Below, one piece after another: positions 13,601 through 25,600 of a stretch of 64,000 nucleotides of DNA. The notes beneath the pieces were generated by a model. The model saw only the letters and a program-made list of their open reading frames with translations, ran no database searches and had not been told where the DNA came from. This DNA is from Antedon mediterranea (lineage: Eukaryota; Animalia; Echinodermata). The stretch covers positions 24,614,001 through 24,678,000 of the forward strand of contig NC_092674.1 of assembly GCF_964355755.1 (NCBI RefSeq), read 5' to 3'. Both the position numbers and the translations under genes were made by a program. How positions within the stretch are numbered: position 1 is the first letter of the stretch; each line of letters opens with the position of its first letter.

Positions 13601-16600
13601 CAGAACTTTTAGACCTCAAGAAAAGTCTGGTTTTGTGATTTTACTTTTTTAAGAGAGTCCGGTATTGGGGTAAATATAATTTAACCTTGTCCTCAGCTTC
13701 TATTGGCTGCTATGACGACGATGGAAGCCATTATCGAGGCAATGCACAAATAACAATATCTGGAAAATTGTGCGAAAGTTGGGATGGAAAACCGATAGAC
13801 TCAACATCATACCCAAATGCAGGTAAGCAAATTAAAATAGATTAAAAATTGAATGGCAAATATACTTTACATTAACAGTAAAGGCCAATTTCCACAGACG
13901 AGAAGTAAAGGTCAGCAGATAAGCATGCTAGTCCCACATGGAATCCATATCTTGAGCGAATTTCCGCTCAACCGCCGATATGCTCCGTGTTTTGTGTAAA
14001 TGATCATAAAAAATTACATAGATTCTATATGTTTGTTTTCCGCTTACTGTTACCGCTCGCATGTGTAACTGGACTTAAGTCTTTTAGTACACACAATATG
14101 ATTGTTAACACATTTCTATTGTCTTGTTGTATAAAAAATATTTGATGAAACATTATTCCCAAGGATTGGAAGAAAATTACTGCCGGAATCCAAATGGAGG
14201 TCCATTGCCGTGGTGTTGGATCACCAACAAAAATGGTAATGTAGCTGTAGAGACTTGTGCTATCCCAACATGCTCTGGTGCTACTGATTGTTACGAGGGC
14301 GATGGGATGACGTATCGCGGTACTGCATCAAAAACTGAGGATGGAAGCACTTGTTACAATTGGGATCATCTTGACCCTTCATCGCCATATTATCCGGATA
14401 ATAATCCGTATGCAGGTATGTATTCTGTAAAGCTCTGTCCACACTATCAAAGTTTATGTGACAAAAAAATGTGATGTGCCCATATGTAGACATGATGATG
14501 TCATATCACACCTTATTTCAGCATTTCACTACCAAACTTGGGCACATCACACTTTTTTTAAACTAGTTTGAGAGTTGAGACACATTTTATCAATGCTCTG
14601 GCAAATAATGAGTTCTGTTTAAAAATAATTTTTTTTCTCAGGATTGGACTCCAACTATTGTCGAAATCCAAGTGGTTCTCGTCGACCGTGGTGTTACACA
14701 GATGCTTTCTACAATTTTGGTTACTGTGATCTCCCTAAATGCAATAGTAAGTCTTAGTCTAAGTAATAGAAAACCATCAAAAACTATAATTGCTTGAGGA
14801 TGTTGTCAATTCATACTATTCCTTTTCTCTATAAACAATGCTGCCCATCTCCTCACAAACAATTCAAGAATGAAATCTGTAGGCCTAGAATTGTAGCTAA
14901 GTCTTGTTGATCTCTGTAATGCATTATTCTCCTAGTAGAGAGTGCTTTTTTTATTTGTATTTATTGAATAGTTAATCTAACAATATTACCTAATTGTCCT
15001 ATGCTAGAAACTGGATGCTACGAAGGAAATGGGCAGAATTATCGAGGTTCAGGCTCTATGACCGAGGATGGTGAGACATGCGCTATGTGGAAGGACGTTT
15101 CAGACCAGCCTGTAAACTCAGGCACCTTTCCAAATGCAGGTATTTAACAGTTCAGTAAATCTAAGCGGTCAAAATCATCGCTATAGCTGAGAACCAGAGC
15201 ACATTCACTGTACTTTAAAAACTTTTCTTCTCAACAGATTTACATGAAAACTATTGTCGAAATCCAACTGGAGAAGACGAGCCATGGTGTTATTATAAAA
15301 CTTCAGACCAGAAAACGGATAAAAAACCTTGTAATGTGCCACATTGCGATAGTAAGTATTGCAAAATTCTAGTGTAGTGTTTGTGTCTCATTTTATTAAA
15401 ATCACAAATGGCAGTGAGAAAAATTGAATTGCTTGTGATTGCCTGGGTGATCCTCTTTACAGATGGTTTAATATCAAAATCCTTTGCACTGAACAGTATT
15501 ATATTTGTTAATCAGGTGTAAACCATTGACTAGCGAAAGCTATTTGTTTATACCGTTTTGCCTTTGGTGAATAAAGAATTATGATATAATAACATTTTTT
15601 AAAGTGAGATTGTAGATAACACCAAACGCTAAGAAAAAGATGATTAAAACGTTTAAAGCTTAGTTTCACTGTACAGTACATATTTTGAATTGAGAAAAAG
15701 GAGAAAGATGTTGCTTGTTCTATATTTTTGTACCATATTGCTTCTCTTGCCATATTGAATTAATAAGTAATTTCATAATCTTTTAGCCACTTTTTATCAG
15801 AGAATTGTGTTGTTGTAGTGCTATCTGTCTTAGTGCAATTTTTCTGTGTACTTTTACTGTTTTATTTATATATATATGATATGCCTTTTTCATTTATTTA
15901 TTTGACCAACAAACCATAAGATAAAATATACAGAGATAGTATATTATTTGGTCACCCTCTTCTCAACAAAATTGTTCGTTGGTGATGCAAAGTTGTCTTA
16001 ATCCTATTATGTGTACATATTCATAGATGAAGCAGGTTGTTACGATGCACATGGACAGTCGTATAGAGGGAAAGCTCACACGACTGAAGAGGGCGCTAGC
16101 TGTGCTTATTGGGGGGAATTTTCGGAGCAGATGTTTCCAGGTAATTTCATCAAAGTACTGTAGTATAAAAACAGTGAATGTTTAAAATTTGAATTTCAGT
16201 ATTATAAAATAAATAAAAATTATTTTATATATTTATATGTTCAGCAGCATTTAGGATTTTTTAAATGGAAGGATGGTAACATATAATATTAATAGACTGT
16301 CAAAAAGGGCACAGCCATATAGATCTGTCCTGACAGTGTCATGATAGCTTTTTATTATATTAACTTAAACATTAAAAAAATTTTTCAAGTTTTAATATTT
16401 GATGTTGTAATTTGTACTTTTTATTTGTAAGCTGATGTAATCCATCTCCTTCTTTTGTTTTGTAATGGCCCCATGAGGGATGAATAAAGATATGTACTGG
16501 TGCGTTGATGTCAAAATAGGTTACCAGGTTTATGGGTTCAAGTCTTTGATAAAACATACATTACGTGTACAAGCCCCTTAGATAAATTTCCAGTTATACC

Positions 16601-19600
16601 CTGATGAGGAGAGCCTCACTCTGGTGTAATAACAGCTCTTAATCACCAATTCTGATGATTTATGACCCCTTAATCACTGATGTCCAGTGGTACTACTGTG
16701 GAAACTGTACTACTGTACTGTAAAGTGTATAGTTTCCCAATGAAGCAGCTTTTTGTTACAAGGACCCTGCTGTGTGTGTGTAAACAATTCATAACAGGAT
16801 ATCTCATTACAATTTTGACAGGTTAAATGATCTTGGTTCAAAAATGTAAGTTACTTTTACATGTCATGTATTTTTTTTTTTTAAACTAGATCCTTCACAA
16901 GAGTTTTCATCAATCAAAAACCGACAGTTGATTAATGCAGATACGGTCACGATTACAAATGTTGCATCTTGGACAGACTGCGCCTACTTGTGCCTCAATC
17001 AGACAAGTTTCTACTGTCGTTCATTCAACCAAAGGAATACAATGTGTCAGCTTAATAAGATTAATACAGATGATAAAACTCTGGAAAGGCAGCGAGGAGC
17101 TATCTACTATGAACGAAATTCAACATATGGTAATTCAATCAATCATTCCTTTTTTTATAGTGCCATTCCAACAACCATTGCTCATGGCGCTGTAGACGAA
17201 ACATTGAGGCCCGACAAAACGTCTTTACTCGTCGGTGCTGTCTGAGTTGAATCACAAAAAAAAATAGTTGTCTTGATTTAGGTCGTCGCGAGAACTTTAA
17301 ACATGTTTAATTTTCTTCCATATTTTTCGTACAACACTGTCAGAGCTGGCCTTTAGATGTTACACTTTTCAAGAACATGAAAAGGCTTCCCCTTTAATTT
17401 CTGCTATTTCAGGTACCCTTTGTCCACAACTGTGGCTGTGAGTGCGTGAACTAGTACAAAAAGTATCACCCCTTTATGTCAAAGTGCATACAACCTATTT
17501 TGTGTACACATTTTCTTATAATCTTATATTTAATCTGATTTGAATCATAACCTGAGTTTTAAAAGACATTTTTAACTGTTTTAAATCTATATTTAAAACT
17601 ATTTTTTAGATTTGGAGGCTAACTATTGCCGTAACCCTGGTCAAACTCTACCTAAACCTTGGTGTTACTACCATGCTCAGGACGGACATGTTCATTGGAA
17701 CTTCTGTGCTGTGGATATGTGTGATGGTAATTTTAAATCATTTACCTATTTCTCAGATTAAACACTACCCTTCTAGAGTATTTGCATATTTAATTTCATC
17801 TATTTTATATGCATCATTATTGTGTATAAACACGTATAAATATAATTTGTTTAATATAGATTGATTTGAGTTAAGATCATAGGACTGCTGATTCTTGAAG
17901 TTATAATAGTAATCTTGTTTACTTTAGCAGTCCCTGACCAATTCATCTTTATATTTTATTTACATATGGTTTGTTCGTCAAGTAAATAAATTACAAAAAT
18001 CGAAAGATATCGATAAGAAAAACTTTAATATTTTTGTAATGTCACAGATAAAATTGTATTTGTATATTATCAGTTTTTTCTTAAATTTTACCTGTGCAAT
18101 TAAGTTATTTAGTACTGTACTTTCAAGATATGGCCTTTCAAAAAACACCATTTTGATGTATAAATGATTTTAAAATAATTATTTATTATTATGCCATTCA
18201 TTCATTAAATTTTACATTATTAGTATTTCTTGAAAAAATAATATGATTTTTACACTGATTTCAGCTCGAGACGTTGGATGCTACGAAAGTTTAGGTGAAC
18301 ACTATAGAGGTCCTGCCCGTACCACATATGATGGCCAAACCTGCTTAGGCTGGGACAGTCCGTACGTTAATAACTATATTAGTGTTGATGACTATCCAAA
18401 TTCAGGTAATGTTTCATCATTCCTATACATCAATAATTGTTTTTTTCGTAAAAACCTAAAAGAAGTTTTAAGATCCATATGTCTTAAGCTCGGTCTACAC
18501 TCTCAAACTTTATGTGACAAAAAAAATTTGATGTGCCACTATGATGCTCTAAACACTCTTGTCTTACTATCAATAACTATCAAAGAGTTAACAAACAAAA
18601 GATTCTTTATACGATCTTCAATCGATGTCATATCACTACCATATTTGGGTACATCACATGTTTTTTTGTCAAACTGTAGTTTGTGTAGTGTAGACAGAGC
18701 TTTATGTTATCTTCGGAACTGAATGTGGTGAGCGATCCAGCTTTGACTCTCACCATTTGGCTTTTCTAAACTATCAAAGAGTTAACGAATTTTAAATATT
18801 TATTTTACGCACAGGCTTGGATGAGAATTTCTGTCGTAACCCCCGTCCAGAGCGATTCACCTCTCCTTGGTGCTTCCATCTTGACCGGGGTTATGTTGAG
18901 GCAAGGTACTGTGATGTCCCTCAATGTATTGATAGTAAGTTGTACTTATCTTATTTATTAGTATTTTGGCATAAATCTTTGTTGTGAAATTTTACAAAAA
19001 GTAGATAAAAAATAAGAGATGCAATAGAATATAAGATTTGTTCTTTTTTGTTGATCTAATAGATCAAAAGACTAAAAGTGGTACGTGTACAACAACATTT
19101 TGCAAATTTGCTTTGCTTTTAGGATCCAAATGAAATTATTTCAAGATTTGTTCATATACCTGCCTGAATTGTACAATTTGACCTTTGAATGATATTATTA
19201 TTCTGTAACTGAATTAAAAATTGGTATTTATTTCCAGGGAAGTGTGGGTCAGATTGGATATCAGATCCAAAGTCTAATTATTGTTTCAGAGTTTATTCTG
19301 ATTCTTCATCAACTTTTAACGATGCACGTGCTAAATGTAAAGAAGATGGCGGAGATCTTGCTAGTATTACGTCTTTAGATGAGTCAGCATTTATAACTGG
19401 TAAATACAATTTTTTTATTGTTTAGTTTGTTAGGTTGCCTTTACCTATCGGATCAAATTTATTAAATGTAATAAAGTTATTGGGGATTTGTTCAACAGAA
19501 AAGAGTAGAGTATCTAAACTCTGTCTATACTGTCACACTAGTTTGATAAAAAGTGTGATGTGCCCATAGCTTTATTTTCATTAATAGCTAATTTTAGAAA

Positions 19601-22600
19601 AAAACAAAGTTGATACTACCTACCAACTAATATTATACGTACAAACTATGCAGACAAGTTGAGTAACAACAGGGGCACTCTAAACCATAGCCATACAATT
19701 GGCACAGGTTCAAGGCACTCTTAGATCTGGTGGTAGAATAAGTCTCCAGTGTACACTTTCTTTTTTCACTGAAAGTGTAGGGATACTACTACTGGTCCAT
19801 TCTGAACTCTTGTAGGGATGATGAAAAGAAACTATTCAGAGAGACTTTATTCAATGCAACCCACATCACATATATATCATATTTTTCTGGCAGGTCTAGT
19901 TTTCAAGGAGCAGTCTCCATTGTTGTGGGTCGGTATGAATGACCTCTATGATGAAGGTGGCTGGGAATGGACCGATGGGTCACCAGTTGCATTTTTTAAC
20001 TTTGCATTAGGTAAGAGATTTTCTGCATATAGATGATATCTTTATTACATTTAAGTTTGTCATGTTTGGGCTTGTGCCGTCAAGTACAGGTTATATTGAG
20101 AAATTTGTTATTGAAAAAACTTCATAAAGCTGGACGTAAACTAAATGCTCTCAATGGTATTGTGCTTTTCTGCTTGCAAGAAAAACTTCCAAATGTACAA
20201 AAGGCAAAATTTAACTGTGCTGTTTAAACCAAATCTTAATAAATGGGGTTTTGTGTGTGATGCTGTTGATCACTTCCTGTACATGTTCCAATAGATTAAT
20301 CAGCTCATGTGAAGTGCTACACATGCCACTGTCACTCATAGCCAGTGGTCATAACTGGGCTCTCTGGGAGACAGTCACAGACTGAAGTTGTCACCCAGTA
20401 TAAATAATATAATAAATAAATAAAATGCAGAAGGCCAATAATCAATATATTCTTTCACTTTAGGTCAGCCAGATAATGCAGGCAGTGGTCAACACTGTGT
20501 GGTCATCTCGGCAGCAACTTCCTCTGTCGGACAATGGTATGATGAATCATGTGACTCGTCATTCGGACATGTTTGTAAAAAGCTAGGTAGGTTTGTTTAA
20601 AATTAAAATAATGTCAAAATTTGATTTCGGAATAAGCTATTTTGATTTAAATGCAAATAAATGCAGCTATCCAGTAATGATAGTGTTGAAATAAAACGCA
20701 GTTTTTTCTAGCTACTCTTTTGGGTCAATAGACAAGTCTCGCAAAGTGCGACAATTTCTAGTAAAGAATATACTTTATCTATTTTTCAGGGGATGTACAA
20801 ATATATACTACTCTATCACCAACACTTGGTAAGTTTGGTATATTTATTATGTTTTATTTATATGTCACATGTTCAATAATAACAGATTTATAAATAATTT
20901 GTTGATGTCATAGCACCTGGAAGCAGATGTAGTTCCGGATGGACAAGCTATGGAAATAGTTGCTACCGTGTGCAAATTGATCAGACGGACTGGGACCAAG
21001 CACGTTTGAACTGTAAGGAAGTGGAAGCTGATTTAGCATCTGTCCACAGCCAGTCTGAGATGATGCATATATTGTCATCTGTGAATGGAGGTAGGAATAT
21101 AGGATTTTTATAGTATAATGTATTGTTTAACTTCATGAACCTCCAGTTAAGATTAGGAGCTATGTGTGTGTATAAATTTATTTTAATCCTGTTTTGCTTT
21201 CAGCTCAGCACAGCCATTATTGGATAGCTGCTAATGATATTGACGTAGAAGGACAATTCATGTTTGCCGGTAAAAAGTCCAACAGCGAAGGTCAGTTAGT
21301 GTACAAAAACTGGGAAGAAGGTCAACCAAACAACTACGGAGCTGATGGAGAAGACTGTGCTTGTTTACCGTTAGTAGTACACTTTTCAAAAGCTGTTTTT
21401 ATTAGTGATAAATACTAGTTAAAGGTGCCTATCTCAAATGAACATTTTGATAAATGATATCTAACGAAATGTTTTTTTTTTCTTTTTGAAATTCCAGGTA
21501 TAACTTTAATTGGAAATGGAATGATAATAACTGTGCTGCCAAATTCCGTATTCTCTGTGAGGGAATTGGAACATCACCCTACCAACTAGGTATATACAGA
21601 GAATTATAAAATAAATTATATTCATTAAAATACAATTTGATATAATCTGTTAATATAAGTAAGATTGGTAAAATAAGTAAAATTGGCAGAAATATTTAGT
21701 TGGTTTTGTATATCATTCATTTTTTATTCGTTTAGGCAAGTTCACTGCATTCAAAGTTGAACGAACTTGGGCAGATGCTGAGCTGTATTGTCAGAGTCAA
21801 GGAGGCAGCCTGGCAACCATTACCAGCCAATCGGAGCAAGACTCGGCTGCTCAACTTCTCACTAATATATATGATCCCTATGGTATGTTACATTTGGTTG
21901 TGACATTGTATATCTGAAGGTTTATATAAAAGTTGATGGTTGGTATGTAAAGTAATGTCTATCACTCACCACATCCACCCACCGTGCCTCCTCCCTCTAT
22001 TTCCCTAAAAAAACAAAGTTTTTGGTGAATAATAATTTATAGAATGTTACTGCCTAAAAATGTCAAGTCGTACAGCAAGTAACTTGCCTACAAAATAGAT
22101 AATCTACATCATGCTAAATAAACTATAAGGAATTTGAGAGGCTAAGAAGTGGAGAAAAACAGTCGTGAGTCACAACCCTGGCCTGGCATTAGGTCTAGTA
22201 TTTAACCCTTGGAATTGGGAGGGAAGGTACAGCTTCACTACAATGGTTTGTGGAGATGATTTTTCTCTCTGGCTTCCCATAAAAGTCCACGAATATGAAG
22301 TGATACAGTATACTAATTGCTATAAATTGTTTTTCCATCAACAGAGGTTGATGTTTATTGGTTTGGATCAAACGATATTGCAAAGGAAGGAACCTGGGTA
22401 ATGGGTGGCTCGCCCGATAGTACAGACTTTCAGGTCTATACACACTGGTACGGAAATGAGCCTAACAATTACAAGTTTCCAGGCGAGGATTGCGTCATGT
22501 TAGTGTAAGTGTCTACATTTTAATTCATTCCATATCAATTTGAAAATTTTATTAAATGCATTATACAGATAAAAAAAAATGTAAAAAACTGTAAAAATGA

Positions 22601-25600
22601 AATCACATAAATAAGGTTTTTAATACATCTACTAAACTTGACATCATGGAACATCAGGAATCTTTTGAATGTCATGAAAATTGACTCGATAGTGCACTAT
22701 TAAAATCTCCCTGTTGCAGCTGGAGTTGGCGAACTAGGCCAAATCATTTGCAGTATTAATGAATAATGTATATAATTAGGCCTATTATATATTGTTTTTT
22801 ATCCATTTTTCTGTGTGTCATGTTTTAGATCTTCTGAAGAAAATAAGTTCAAATGGTACGATACTACATGCTCAAATGGCGAGGGTTATATTTGTGAGAA
22901 TATCCCAGGAACACCCAAGAACCCAAAAGGTACGAACAGAAATAAAGGAAAAGCTTTAATAATTTTATTTGAAATTATAATAATTATAACAATAATATTT
23001 TTTTTTTTTTTTTCAATAACTTTTATTTTCTCCTTTTATCAAAAACATTACACTCAACAGAACGAAACAAAAAAGAAAACCAAAGACGTTTGAGGACGTC
23101 ATATTATCTCAATCGTCATTCTCTTTTTTCATTATCTCTTTCAATGTTTGATATACCACAAATACCTCATCATAATCATTTCTTAAGTTAAACCAGGCTA
23201 TAATAACCCCTTGTCGATAATGATTACATTACAACTCTTATTCCTTAATTTAGTTTACAATACGTTTTTGATATGGACATTATACTTATTTCAATTTTTT
23301 GCAATATTATTCTCCACAGTTTCTGTAAAAAGTACCCATTACAACAATAATATGTATAACAGTAACAATTATAATAAATAATAATAACAGTAGTAATGAC
23401 AATAATAACTATAGTATGATAACAACAATTTTACATTTTTAAATGTTTTATATGTTATGTTTGTATGATGTAGTATGTTTAAGCGGATATTAGCCCTTGA
23501 TGGCATTTGCACCAATAAAGAAATTGAATTGATATTTTTTCTTATTTATAAAGTTTTATATTGCTATTCCTCAGCATATTTACTAAAGCGGGTACAATTT
23601 ATAAATTGAAATCTGCAAAAATACAATCAATTCTATTTGAAAAACAGCGTAGTCTTTTGGTGCACTGATTTAGGTAGGTGCTGCACTGCTCACTGCCGTG
23701 GATCATTTGAGTGCCTACTCCATGTTTTCTCAGTGTCCAGTTAAGCTTGACTAAGGACGATAATAAATACCTTTAACCAAGTAATTTATGCCAAAAAAGG
23801 AATCTAAATTACTAAAATCATCCATATGATATCATGTATTGATTTGCCATATTCTAAATAGGCATTGTATTTCACAATATAGCAAAGTTAATTGGTGGTA
23901 TATTTTGTGTTTTAGGATTAATGTATAGTGTACATATGGATCTTAAAACATGGGAAGATGCGGAAACCTTCTGTAGAGATAACGGAGGAAGACTGGCGTG
24001 GGTTTTAGACCAGGATGCCCAGGATTATATTGAATCACTTATATTATCCGCAGAGAATGGATGTTAGTATTTTTCTTATGATCTTGAATTTTATGGTAGC
24101 TTGTCACTGGTGATAGTGACTGGTCACTGGTGATGGTGGCTGGTCACTGGTGATGGTAGCTGGTCACTGGTGATGGTGGCTGGTCACTGGTGATGATGGC
24201 TGGTCACTGGTGATGGTAGCTGGTCACTGGTGATGGTGGCTGGTCACTCACAATTTACTCAAATCGAAAATGTCCTATTGTTGGTTGTAGTACCAATATT
24301 GCATAGCTAATTTTGTTATGTTATTGTTAAATGTGATGGTGACGTATGGGCATTTTATGAAACAGCATTGTGGAACATGAGAAAAGGACACTATAAATAG
24401 CAAAATACAAACAAAATACCATACCATATTTTCTCTCAAGATATCTTGAAGAGTCCTGGAGTATGGCTTGGTCTAAATGACCAGACTTCACAGATGAGCT
24501 TCCAATGGTCTGATGGCTCAGATGTGACATATACTAACTGGAACCACGATGAGCCTAACAATTGGGCTGGGGCATCAGAAGACTGTGTGTTTGCCTATAC
24601 ATCGGTAAGTCAACAATATCACTCATTTCTAAATTAATGTATGGTATTTCTATATCTTATACGTTCTTTGTAACCATTCTATGATCCATTCAGAGCCTTG
24701 CATCTGATGATTGAGGAGATATTTTATCTCTTCTATCTGTTGGGTAATAAACTGTTCAAGCTGTAACTTTCTGCGTCAGTGCCATGAGCACTTTTTTTTC
24801 TTCATATATGTTAAAGAAAATTACATAAATATATAAAATATGTTATGTAGACCATTAATTATCATTTTCCTATGTAAGCTCTTCATTTCAACTAGCAGTT
24901 GTTGCTTTTTGAGTCTTTTTATACCAATTAAATAAATAGAAAATAAAATACACAGCTTCTTTAAATGCTTCTCAATTTACCTAGACTGGTGTATTTGACA
25001 CTGGGCACAAGTATTATGCTGGAAAATGGAATGACCAAAACTGCGAAGACAGCTTTTTCGGTTATGTGTGTAAAAAGCCAAAAGAGGTTCTTCCAATAAC
25101 ACTGGTTCCACCTACATCTTCTGGTTGTCCATTTGTAAGTGGCTATGTGTTTTACGATTTTCTTATATTCAGATTTTGGGTTATCCTCTAAGCTCTGTAC
25201 ATAAACTAATAAATAAAAGGGATTCCAACCATGCAAACAAAATAATCCAAACCAAAGTCAGGGAATATGCCTTTCGTCGCTAACCAGGGATCGGTCTAAT
25301 TGAACCCTGGTCAGCACCAGTTTTGCCTCGGTCATCCCGGACTCGGGCGCCTCCTGCCTTACTTAAACTAGATCTAAAACAATCTAGGTGGCATGGGGAA
25401 AAAAAGAGGATTGCTTTATTTAACAAGTATGTCTTAAGAAGCCTCTTAAAATGAGCCTGCGTCTGTGCAATACCGTTATTGCCCTGAAATTGGTTTGTAC
25501 TAATTGTTGATGTTGACTTTCTAGGGGTGGAAAGGTTATGGTACATCGTGCTACTTCTTTGATTCTACAGCACAGAGCTGGGATGATGGTAGGAATAAGT

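Noticed and set aside
16595-16640. Hammerhead core CTGATGAG
   Set aside because: No downstream GAAA or closing stems.
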